Shown piece after piece: positions 1 through 8,572 of a DNA stretch of 64,000 nt. The notes beneath the pieces were generated by a model. It was not told the DNA's origin, ran no database searches, and worked only from the letters and a program-made list of their open reading frames with translations. The stretch lies in contig JBGSVZ010000001.1 of the NCBI GenBank assembly GCA_041752695.1, positions 1 to 64,000 on the forward strand. The letters run 5' to 3'. The translations under genes were made by a program, and so were the position numbers. The stretch is from Terrimicrobiaceae bacterium (GTDB lineage: Bacteria > Verrucomicrobiota > Verrucomicrobiia > Chthoniobacterales > Terrimicrobiaceae). Position 1 is the first letter of the stretch, and the number at the start of each line of letters is the position of its first letter.

Positions 1-67
1 CCTCCTCGCTCACATCGCTCGGATATCCACTCTTTCCCGATCCACTCTTGAAGACTTTTTTCGCCAT
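1..67 (-). CDS. IS5-family transposase, N-terminal fragment (truncated by window edge)
   Basis: Manual translation from ATG at 67 gives MAKKVFKSGSGKSGYPSDVSEE. YPSD(V/L)(S/T)xxEW is the typical N-terminal motif of IS5-family (DUF4096) transposases. Confidence 0.7.
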   Translation of the reverse strand, partial: MAKKVFKSGSGKSGYPSDVSEE

Positions 68-137
68 CCCAAGCTTACTGCCGAGATGTATTTACAAAGT
101 ACAGTCATTTTTGCACGTCAAAGTGCCTAACAGGCTC
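1..137 (-). mobile_element. Left end of an IS5-family insertion sequence (runs off the window start)
   Basis: The minus strand reads CTA|GAGCCTGTTAGGCAC from 140/137, a GAG-initiated end next to a TA/CTA target-like site. It lies 70 nt upstream of an ORF starting MAKKVFKSGSGKSGYPSDVSEE. The other end is not in the window. Confidence 0.65.
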
Positions 138-371
138 TAGGGTGAACAATATGCGTGGTTTCATGGGGTGTGGGGGTGAAGGGTTTTGGGAAGCCTTTGT
201 GAATCTGCTTCCGGCGAACGAGAGCAGGCTGCGTGGCTTGCCTAAGAGCGGCAACTCCCGCGTTGCTCTCGCCGTAGAGTCCGATGGCGAAGCCGTGGTT
301 TAGAAAAGCAAAGGGCGGGTGAAAAGCCTTCCACGTTGTGCGACAACCAATTTACCAAACTCTTCCCCGTC

Positions 372-1151
372 CTACTCGGGAAAGTCATCGTGATAGAGGG
401 CGCTGCACTCGGTCCCCAATTCTTCCAAACGCCGGATCAGGGGCGGCCCGAAAGCCGGATGGTGGACACCGTCTCCCGGTTGCGGATCGGTGTAGTCTGC
501 GTTGAATTCCCAGTAGGCCAGGACGACCGGAGGAGCGTCGAAATTGGCCAAATGGATGGGCGAGGCCTGGCGGAAGATTTCGTCAGCGTGGGGATTGGCA
601 AATCCCAGAGGTCCCGACGCCAGGGCTAAGCCGGGGTGTTCGTGGGCACGTCCGGGAATTTTGGCGCGGAGACTTCCCTGATCGAGAAAAGTCGGCACGC
701 CGAGGGCGAACACGCAGAAGAGTTTCGAAGAATGGCGCACGATGGGATCAGCACTGAGCGGATCGGCTAGATCGGGGAAAAATGCGGTCCAAAGAATATT
801 GACGGCACCGGCAGAGGTCCCGTAGGCGCCGATGCGTGCGGGGTCTAAGCCTAGGTGATCGTGGCGGGAGCACAGGAATTGGACCGCTCTGGCCGTATCC
901 TGAAAGGCTCCAGGGAATGGCGTGTCGTTGGTGTGGCGGTAATTGATGGCCGCGACCGATATCCCCTGAGCAAGGAAAGAGGAAAGCTCTTCGCTCAAAC
1001 GCGTCTCCACCTTGTCGCCCTTCATCCAGCCTCCTCCGTAGACCGAAAGCACCACCGGTGAGAGCCGTGGCTCTGCCACCCAGAGACCAAGGCTTTGGCG
1101 AGGGCGGGAGCCGTAAGCCAGATTTTCAAATGTGGGAGCCGGGTGGTTCAT
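372..1151 (-). CDS. Alpha/beta hydrolase (carboxylesterase, BD-FAE-like)
   Basis: YGGGW oxyanion motif, INYR, GTSAG nucleophile elbow and SPI motif. Start placed at ATG 1151; the ORF track extends to 1229. Confidence 0.75.
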   Translation of the reverse strand: MNHPAPTFENLAYGSRPRQSLGLWVAEPRLSPVVLSVYGGGWMKGDKVETRLSEELSSFLAQGISVAAINYRHTNDTPFPGAFQDTARAVQFLCSRHDHLGLDPARIGAYGTSAGAVNILWTAFFPDLADPLSADPIVRHSSKLFCVFALGVPTFLDQGSLRAKIPGRAHEHPGLALASGPLGFANPHADEIFRQASPIHLANFDAPPVVLAYWEFNADYTDPQPGDGVHHPAFGPPLIRRLEELGTECSALYHDDFPE

Positions 1152-1278
1152 GCTGCAAAATGAGATCGTCTCATAGAGTTTTGGCGAACGAGCTGACGCT
1201 CGGTGGCCGGAAAAAACCGGGCAATTCACGCGTTACTCGCGCCGTAGACTCCGTTTTCTGGACTCTCCTTTCGCTCCA

Positions 1279-1298
1279 TTACTCTACGATGAGAGTAA
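1279..1298. promoter_or_regulatory. Palindromic candidate operator TTACTCT-N6-AGAGTAA
   Basis: Perfect 7-bp inverted repeat in the divergent intergenic region, ~60 nt upstream of the glycan locus. Confidence 0.35.
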
Positions 1299-1359
1299 CA
1301 AACGGGTCCACATTGAGCAGAACCGGATTATGGTTTTCTTCGAACCCCACACACCCCTT

Positions 1360-2484
1360 ATGAAACTCTCCTCTCTCACTTCTCTGCTCGTTCTCGCTCT
1401 TCCCCTGGCATCCGGTCCGGTGCATGCGGCCAGCGCGAACTGGGACGGCGACACCAACCCCAGTTGGAACAACGATGGCAATTGGTCTGCGGCGAACCCG
1501 AATGGCACGACGCAGGTGGCGACCTTCAATCAGGCCACCTATCTCAATCAGCCCAATCTTAATGTCAATCGCAGCATTTCCAGCCTGGTATTCGGCGCTT
1601 CGAATGGGGGCATCACTCTGACCGCCAATGCTGGTCTGGGCCTGACGCTGAATGCGGCGGTGGGCATTTTGATGAATGCAGGTTCGGGAGCGACGACCGT
1701 TGCCGCTCCCGTTACTCTTGCGATTCCCCAGACTTGGAGAAATCAATCCGCCAACCTGCTGACCATATCCGGAACGGTTAACAACAACGGGAACCTGCTG
1801 GTGGTGGACAATACGACTTCGAATAATTCGATGTTGCTCTCTGGAGCTATCATCGGAGGGGGCGGCCTGACGTTGGTGAATGGTGGCTTCACCACTCTCA
1901 CGGGGGCGGTTTCTTATGCGGGAACCACCAACATCAATGCCGGGACGCTACTGGTCAATAGCACCTACAGCGGCGCTGGTGGGGTGTTTAACGTCAATTC
2001 GGGTGGAGGGGTCGGTGGAACCGGGAGTATTAATCGTGCGGCGACCGTGGCGGACAATGGAATTCTAACCCCCGGCGACATGATTTCCGGAGTCAGCCAG
2101 AGTGGCGAACTTAGTTTTTCGAATGGTTTGACCCTGAATAACTCCTCGTCGATTCTTTTTGACTTGGCCGCACCCGCGAGCCTGTTGGATGATGAGATAA
2201 GCCTCACTGGCAACTTTACCTTGGATGGCGTTCTGACCGTGAACCAACTTGGCGGTTTCGGCAGCGGGACCTACACTCTCTTCACCTATTCGGGCGGAAC
2301 TTTCACGGACAACGGCCTCACGGTGACTGCGTTGGGAGGAGGGCTCACTGGGACGATTGATACGACTTTGGCGGGCGAAGTTCGCTTGATCGTGGTTCCC
2401 GAGCCGTCTGCGGCGGTGGCCTTTTTGTGTGGGGGAGTGTTTCTGCTGATTTTCCGCCGTGAGGGCAGGATGGTCCGGGCCTGA
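1360..2484 (+). CDS. PEP-CTERM surface protein with autotransporter-associated beta-strand repeat
   Basis: Signal peptide; Asn/Gly/Thr-rich beta-helix repeats (GGLTLVNGGFTTLTGAVSYAGTTNINAGTL); C-terminal VPEP, TM segment and RR. Confidence 0.9.
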   Translation: MKLSSLTSLLVLALPLASGPVHAASANWDGDTNPSWNNDGNWSAANPNGTTQVATFNQATYLNQPNLNVNRSISSLVFGASNGGITLTANAGLGLTLNAAVGILMNAGSGATTVAAPVTLAIPQTWRNQSANLLTISGTVNNNGNLLVVDNTTSNNSMLLSGAIIGGGGLTLVNGGFTTLTGAVSYAGTTNINAGTLLVNSTYSGAGGVFNVNSGGGVGGTGSINRAATVADNGILTPGDMISGVSQSGELSFSNGLTLNNSSSILFDLAAPASLLDDEISLTGNFTLDGVLTVNQLGGFGSGTYTLFTYSGGTFTDNGLTVTALGGGLTGTIDTTLAGEVRLIVVPEPSAAVAFLCGGVFLLIFRREGRMVRA

Positions 2485-2515
2485 GCCGGTATTTAAAGGT
2501 CAAAGTTTTTCCCCC

Positions 2516-3208
2516 ATGAAAACGCCCTCCATCCCCCGCAGTCGACGGTCCGCTTTCTCGATGATCGAGATTCTGGCGGCCGTCGCCATCTGCGGGATCC
2601 TTGCGGCGCTCCTCTTTCCGGCCGTCGGCAAGATGCAATTGTCCGGGCGCAAAGCGGGAACGATCGCGAACATGCGGCAGCTCGGCACCGCGACGTTGGC
2701 TTATGCGGGGGACCACCAAAACCGGCTGCCCGGGCCGACGAGTCAGGGTCTTTGGCGGGGATATTCCCGCAGCACGACTGGGCAGCTCAGTCACATGCTC
2801 GCGCCGTATCTGGGGCTGCCCGATCAGGAATCATTGGAGGTGGGAGATAATGTGATCGTGCCCCAGTTGATCGATCCAGGCTATATGGGGTTTAACCGCA
2901 AGGCGCCGTCCAGTGTTCCGCAGTTTGTCCAAAAGATCGGTTATCCCACGACTTCGCCGTATGCTGGACGGCGACCGTTTGGGGTAACGGAGTCGGCCAC
3001 ACCCGGCAAGGAAGCGCCGCTTACTCTGCTGGACCTCGCGAACCTGCGCCCCGAGCAACGCTGGCTCCTTTGCACAGTCGACCAGGATATCATTGGCCTG
3101 ACCTCCTCGTGGAAAAGCCAGACACCTCCCGACCCGCTCTACGGTCAGCGTTTCCGGCTTTATGCCGACGGTCGGGTTGCACCGGTCGCTGCGAACGATC
3201 CGAACTAA
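2516..3208 (+). CDS. Prepilin-type N-terminal cleavage/methylation domain protein (PVC pseudopilin-like)
   Basis: RRSAFSMIEILAAVAICGILAALLFPAV type-IV pilin N-terminus; NMRQLG; C-terminal LYADGRV, a variant of the H-X9-DG tail. Confidence 0.85.
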   Translation: MKTPSIPRSRRSAFSMIEILAAVAICGILAALLFPAVGKMQLSGRKAGTIANMRQLGTATLAYAGDHQNRLPGPTSQGLWRGYSRSTTGQLSHMLAPYLGLPDQESLEVGDNVIVPQLIDPGYMGFNRKAPSSVPQFVQKIGYPTTSPYAGRRPFGVTESATPGKEAPLTLLDLANLRPEQRWLLCTVDQDIIGLTSSWKSQTPPDPLYGQRFRLYADGRVAPVAANDPN

Positions 3209-3212
3209 AAAT

Positions 3213-4670
3213 ATGGCTCTTCTTATTTCTTCTCCCGCGATTGACTCCCGGGTGCGCGGCTGCTGGCTGGGTAAATCCATTGGCGGCACTCTGGGCCTTC
3301 CAGCGGAGGGCAAAAAAAACCGGCAGGCGTTCAGCTTTTACGATCCGGTTCCGGTGGTAGCCCCGCCGAATGACGATCTGGAGTTGCAACTCGTCTGGTT
3401 GGATCTCATCGAAAAAAGCGGCCCTTCTTTATCCCGGGAAGACTTTGCCCGCGCCTGGCTGGAGAACATCCACTACATGTGGGACGAATACGGCCGCTGC
3501 CGGTGGAATCTGCGCCGGGGTGTCCCGGCGGATGCGGTGGGAACCTACGAGAATTGGTTTCAGTCGAGCATGGGATCGCCGATTCGCTCCGAGATTTGGG
3601 CGTGCCTCTTTCCGGGAGATCCGGTGGCGGCCGCGTGTTACGCAGAGCTGGACGCCTCGTTGGATCATGGCGTGGAAGGCATTGCGGGAGAGGCGTACTT
3701 TTCGGCCCTGCAGAGTCTGGTCTTAGGGGGATCGGATGTGTCGGATGCCGTGGTTGAGGCGATGTCCTTCGTGCCTCCGGACTGCGAACTGGCGTCGGCC
3801 CTTTCTTTGGTTTTGGAGCATTGGAAACAGGGTGGCGAAGTGTGGGCATGCCGGGAGGAACTGCTGGCCGCTCATGGTCATGAAAACTTCACTCACGCGC
3901 CGCTGAATGTCGCCCTGACCGTTTGGGCGCTGGCCTATGGCGGCAGAGATTTTGCGGAGAGCATCCTTCTGGCGGTCAACGGCGGATACGACACCGATTG
4001 CACCGCGGCCACAGTGGGGGCGATTTTGGGGATGGCCTGTGGCGACGAGGGTATCCCGCGACGGTGGGCCGATCCGATTGGGGATGGCGTGTATCTCGGA
4101 GCCGGGATCCAGCGCATCAATGCGCCCCGGACCTTGGACGAACTTTCCAACCGCACTCTCGCAGCGCAGGGACGGCTCGTTCGTCGCGATTCTATTGACC
4201 CTCCGGTCCGCCTCCAAGCCTCCCCGGACCAATTTGCAGGGGCAATTGCGCTGCATCCATATGGGGGCGGGCACCCCGTACCATGGGCAAATGGCGAACT
4301 TCCGAAAGAGGTCTGCGCGGCGGGAGGAGCCGAATGGGAGTGGAATATTTCTCAGACGGCCCGCCGGCACCTCATGGTGCTGGCTCGGGCGGGTGCTTCG
4401 CTGATCATTGACGGACAAGAAACGCTCTGTTGTCCGCCCGGATTGGACTATGTTCCCGCTCCCAGCCGTTCCCCCGAAGGCTCGCGTTGTGATCTGGCGG
4501 CCGACGCCGGGAAACACCATGTGAGTCTTAGTCTTGGTTCCAAAAACGAGAACCAAGAGGCGTCGGTGATCCTGGCCTATCCCAACCGCCACCTCGCGCC
4601 TTGGACGGCGGACGAACTGCCACATAAAGCTTTTCTGCCTGCGCCACAAACCGCGCCCAGCCATTCATGA
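3213..4670 (+). CDS. ADP-ribosylglycohydrolase family protein with C-terminal extension
   Basis: GCWLGKSIGGTLGLP, NDDL, MGSPIRSEIW, SLDHG and GYDTDCTAATVGAILG motifs. Confidence 0.85.
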   Translation: MALLISSPAIDSRVRGCWLGKSIGGTLGLPAEGKKNRQAFSFYDPVPVVAPPNDDLELQLVWLDLIEKSGPSLSREDFARAWLENIHYMWDEYGRCRWNLRRGVPADAVGTYENWFQSSMGSPIRSEIWACLFPGDPVAAACYAELDASLDHGVEGIAGEAYFSALQSLVLGGSDVSDAVVEAMSFVPPDCELASALSLVLEHWKQGGEVWACREELLAAHGHENFTHAPLNVALTVWALAYGGRDFAESILLAVNGGYDTDCTAATVGAILGMACGDEGIPRRWADPIGDGVYLGAGIQRINAPRTLDELSNRTLAAQGRLVRRDSIDPPVRLQASPDQFAGAIALHPYGGGHPVPWANGELPKEVCAAGGAEWEWNISQTARRHLMVLARAGASLIIDGQETLCCPPGLDYVPAPSRSPEGSRCDLAADAGKHHVSLSLGSKNENQEASVILAYPNRHLAPWTADELPHKAFLPAPQTAPSHS

Positions 4671-5188
4671 AAACCCCACACCTCCTCGTTCTCCCCCTCT
4701 GCGTCATTCTTTCACTCGCGGCCGACGCGAAGGATTTGAAGCTGGAAAACCCCGGGTTCGAAAATGATCTCGCCGGGTGGAATATCATCAAAGTCGACGC
4801 AGGCAAAAGCGGTTTGAGCGGCGATGCGGCTCACAAGGGCCAAACGGGTCTGATGGTCATTGACGAAGATACGGAGAATGGCAGTGAGGTGTTTTCCGAG
4901 CTGCTCCCAGCTGTTCCAGGGAAGAATTACGAGGTCCGGTTCTGGGGCAAAAACCTGGAAGGATCGGGCATGGGGGTCTATCTGATTTTTTACGGTTCGG
5001 ATCGAAAGCACCTCGTCCGTTCGAAGGCTGCTTCTTTTACACTGCCGGCCGACGCTGAGTGGAAGGAATATTCCCACGAGGAACGGGCGCCGGAGGGGAC
5101 CGAATTCGTTGCCATCCGCCTCCATTCGTACGGGGCCGCCACGGTGCGGGCCTGCCTCGATGATTTTGAATTGGTGGAAAACCCCTGA
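4667..5188 (+). CDS. Secreted carbohydrate-binding (CBM4/9-like) beta-sandwich protein
   Basis: Signal peptide followed by the LENPGFE...PGKNYEVRFWGK...W...LDDFEL pattern. Confidence 0.65.
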   Translation: MKTPHLLVLPLCVILSLAADAKDLKLENPGFENDLAGWNIIKVDAGKSGLSGDAAHKGQTGLMVIDEDTENGSEVFSELLPAVPGKNYEVRFWGKNLEGSGMGVYLIFYGSDRKHLVRSKAASFTLPADAEWKEYSHEERAPEGTEFVAIRLHSYGAATVRACLDDFELVENP

Positions 5189-7092
5189 TGCGATTCGCCC
5201 GGACGGTTTTTTGTAGGCGGATTGTCGCCGCCGCTGTCCTTCTCGTTTCCGCCCTTCCGCTCCTTTCGCAGTCGGAAAGCGGGGTCGACCGGACGGCGGA
5301 AATTGCGGCCATGCTCCCCGAGCATCCAGCCGCGGCAGGGGCGCCGGTTTCGGATCGTGAAGCGTGGAAAAAGTTTGCCGGCGGGGCCGGAGAATTGCTG
5401 GCGGAGGCCGACAAGCTCCTCGGGGAGCCCATCCCGGAAACTCCCGACCGCCTGTATTTGATTTATTCGCAGAAAGGCACGCGGGGAGAGTACGAAAAAC
5501 CGCACAAGGCCCGCCTGAGGCGGTTGTCGGTTTTCGCCCAGGCCGAAGGTGCGACCGACGCGGGGAAATACCTGCCGGCGTTACAGGCCGAACTTGCCGC
5601 CATCCTTGCGGAGAAAACGTGGACGTTGCCCGCTTTCGACCGCAAGCTGGAAAACTTGCACGGCAAGATTTGCGATGTGGATCTGGGAGCCTCCATGCGA
5701 GGGGCTACTGTGGCCACAGCGCTGTCCTGGTTCGGAGACCGACTGCCGGAAGAACTGCGCAAAGCCGGCCATGCCGAGCTGCGACGGCGGATTTTTGCGC
5801 CCTATCTCGAACGAATCCGTTGGAAGGAGAGCCCGCTCTGCGCCTGGGTAATGGTGACTCATAATTGGAACGCCGCCTGTCATGCCGGGGTGGTGGTGGC
5901 CGCACTTGCCGCTCTGCCCGATCGCACGGAACGGGCTGAGATCCTGGCTGGCGCAGAAACGTACCTTCCCCGTTATCTGTCGGGGTTTACTCCGGATGGG
6001 TTTTCCGGCGAGGGGGTGGTCTATTGGAATTTTGGATTCGGAAATTATGCCATTCTCGCGGAGAACGTGCTGCGTGCGACGGCCGGACAGATGGATTTTT
6101 ACCATCCCGCCATCGTGGCAAAGGTGGCGGCGTTTCCGGAAAATTTCGAGCTGTCGCATGGCTTGTTTCCGGGGATCGCGGACAGTCCTCTCAACCCGAC
6201 GCCCTTTCCCTGGCTGCGTCGACTTTGCCACGAACGGCTTTTTGCGCCAGAGCCGGACCTGTCCCCGCCCTCACCGCCCCTGGCCTCGCTCCAACTTTCT
6301 GAAGCGGCCGTGGTGGCGTTTCCCCTCCTGCCCCGGCAAAATGGAAAATCGGTGCCTCTCACCCTGGATCCGCTTCGAGGCTGGTTCCCGGATGCGGGCG
6401 TATTGGTCACGCGTCCCGCCCCGGGATCCGTCCGCTCGCTGGCGGCGGCCTTCATTGGCGGGAACAATTCGGACAATCACAATCACAACGACATCGGCCA
6501 ATTTGCCGTTGCCCTGGGTGGCCGGATGCCGCTGGTTGATCCTGGTGGGGAACAGTATACCTCGGCCACATTTTCGTCCCGGCGCTATGACAGCGCGATG
6601 CTCAACTCCCTCGGCCACTCGGTGCCGGTAGTGGCCGGGCGGCTTCAGCGAGAGGGAAAAGAAGCAAACGCACGGGTCATCGAAAAGCAATTTACGCCCG
6701 AACGCGACACGCTCACGCTGGACCTGGCATCGGCTTACGAGGTACCGTCCTTGCAGAAGCTGCACCGCGTTTATGTCCTGGATCGCGCGGGTTCGGGCAC
6801 CGTGGAGGTGACCGACCATTTTCAATTTTCCCGGCCCGAGTCTTTTGAGGTTGCCGTCATCACCTATGGCCGCGTGGTTCGCGAAGCGGATGACACACTG
6901 CGGATTACGGACGGTGATGTTTCGATTCGTGTGCATTTCTCTGCGGAAGGCACGCCGCTGGACATTGGTTATGACCCGGTTCCCACCACAAAAAAGACAC
7001 CCCCGACACGCATCTGGGTGCGGCTGAAATCTCCTGTGGCCGAAGGGAACCTCAGTTGCCGGATTGTCGCCGCCGACCATGACGGACAATGA
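5188..7092 (+). CDS. Heparinase II/III-like polysaccharide lyase family protein
   Basis: Signal peptide; HNWNAAC, DGFSGEGVVYW, HNHNDIGQF, DPG and NSLGHSVP motifs. Confidence 0.8.
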   Translation: MRFARTVFCRRIVAAAVLLVSALPLLSQSESGVDRTAEIAAMLPEHPAAAGAPVSDREAWKKFAGGAGELLAEADKLLGEPIPETPDRLYLIYSQKGTRGEYEKPHKARLRRLSVFAQAEGATDAGKYLPALQAELAAILAEKTWTLPAFDRKLENLHGKICDVDLGASMRGATVATALSWFGDRLPEELRKAGHAELRRRIFAPYLERIRWKESPLCAWVMVTHNWNAACHAGVVVAALAALPDRTERAEILAGAETYLPRYLSGFTPDGFSGEGVVYWNFGFGNYAILAENVLRATAGQMDFYHPAIVAKVAAFPENFELSHGLFPGIADSPLNPTPFPWLRRLCHERLFAPEPDLSPPSPPLASLQLSEAAVVAFPLLPRQNGKSVPLTLDPLRGWFPDAGVLVTRPAPGSVRSLAAAFIGGNNSDNHNHNDIGQFAVALGGRMPLVDPGGEQYTSATFSSRRYDSAMLNSLGHSVPVVAGRLQREGKEANARVIEKQFTPERDTLTLDLASAYEVPSLQKLHRVYVLDRAGSGTVEVTDHFQFSRPESFEVAVITYGRVVREADDTLRITDGDVSIRVHFSAEGTPLDIGYDPVPTTKKTPPTRIWVRLKSPVAEGNLSCRIVAADHDGQ

Positions 7093-8566
7093 TGTTGTCG
7101 TAAAATCCGGTTCGCCGGAATTTCCCGACGGCGACAATCAAAAGCCGCCGGGAAAGGTTTGGACGGCTGGCACCCTAACTTACACGTCGGCGGGACTTGC
7201 GGCCCTGTTCTTCTGGCTGCTCTTTGGCGATTTCGCCTGGTCCATGCGGGATCGTTCCGTCGGGCCGATGGCGCAATGGTTCCTTAGCAGCCAGAATGTC
7301 CCTAATATCGTTTTTGCCCTGCTGGTGAGTTCTCTGCCGGCCGTCGTCGGGGTGATCCTTGGCCCGATTATTAGCTACAAATCGGACCGCCATCGGGGAA
7401 AACGGGGGCGGCGTATCCCGTTTCTTTTGGTGTCCACGCCCGTTGCCGCCCTCGGTATGATCGGCCTTGGACTCACTCCGGTCTTTGCCAGGGCCCTGCA
7501 TGGTATTTGCGGTGTGGCCCATCCGTTCGGTGCCTGGCTGCACCAAACGCTCGGCACACAGGCCGCGGGAGCATCGCTGCTCGCGGCGATGCAGAACGAG
7601 ATGATCGTCGCGGTGGTTTGTTTCGGCATTTTTTGGACGGCCTTCGAAATCGCCACCACGGTGGCGCAATCGGTCTTTGGGGGTCTGATCAACGATGTCG
7701 TGCCCAAGCCCCTGATTGGAAGGTTTTTTGGACTGTTTCGCGCGGTGAGTCTGATTGATGGCATGATCTTCAATTTCTGGATCATGGGAATGGTGCCGAC
7801 TCATTTTACTCTTATCCTTGTCATTGTTGGCGTCACCTATGGCGCGGCTTTCCTTTGGATGTGTTTTAAGGTCCGGGAAGGCCAGTATCCCGATCTTCCT
7901 CCAGAACCCGAGGGGCAAAAGCCCCTGGCGGCCGCGCTGGGAGGCGTCAGGGTTTATCTGAGAGAGTCGTTCTCCAATCCTTATTACCTTTCGGTTTTTG
8001 TCATGATCGCGACTGCCGCGCTGGTTTTTCTGCCGGTGAACACCTTTGCCATTCCCTACGCGCGCAGTTTGGGCGTGGATATGAATGTATATGGAAAGTT
8101 CCTGGCGCTCACGTATCTAATTTCCCTCTGTCTGGCCTATTTTCTGGGGTGGTTGGCGGATGCGTTTCACCCCCTGCGTGTTGCCATGGCTTCATTGGCC
8201 GGGTATGTGCTCGTGGCAGCCTGGGGGGCGATTTACGCAAAAACGCCGGACACTTTTCTCACGGCCTGGGTGATGCATGGGGTGCTGGCCGGATGCTACA
8301 CCACAAGCGCCGCATCGCTGGGCCAAAGGCTCTTCCCGCACTCCCGCTACGCGCAATTCGCCTCGGCCGCCGGCCTGGTTGGCGCAGTCGCACATTCGTC
8401 GCTGGCACCCGTCATGGGATTGATTATTGACCAATCGGGAAACGTCTATCGCCACACGTTCCTGGTCGGCTGCCTGCTGGGAGTGGTCGCTTTGGTGGCT
8501 GCGGGGTTGGTTTACGGAAAATTCCGCCAATACGGAGGACCTTCCAGTTACATCGCCCCTCTTTGA
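7079..8566 (+). CDS. MFS transporter (sugar/oligosaccharide type)
   Basis: About 12 TM segments; SDRHRGKRGRRIPF loop; GWLADAF in the second half. Confidence 0.85.
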   Translation: MTDNDVVVKSGSPEFPDGDNQKPPGKVWTAGTLTYTSAGLAALFFWLLFGDFAWSMRDRSVGPMAQWFLSSQNVPNIVFALLVSSLPAVVGVILGPIISYKSDRHRGKRGRRIPFLLVSTPVAALGMIGLGLTPVFARALHGICGVAHPFGAWLHQTLGTQAAGASLLAAMQNEMIVAVVCFGIFWTAFEIATTVAQSVFGGLINDVVPKPLIGRFFGLFRAVSLIDGMIFNFWIMGMVPTHFTLILVIVGVTYGAAFLWMCFKVREGQYPDLPPEPEGQKPLAAALGGVRVYLRESFSNPYYLSVFVMIATAALVFLPVNTFAIPYARSLGVDMNVYGKFLALTYLISLCLAYFLGWLADAFHPLRVAMASLAGYVLVAAWGAIYAKTPDTFLTAWVMHGVLAGCYTTSAASLGQRLFPHSRYAQFASAAGLVGAVAHSSLAPVMGLIIDQSGNVYRHTFLVGCLLGVVALVAAGLVYGKFRQYGGPSSYIAPL

Positions 8567-8572
8567 CGCCTT

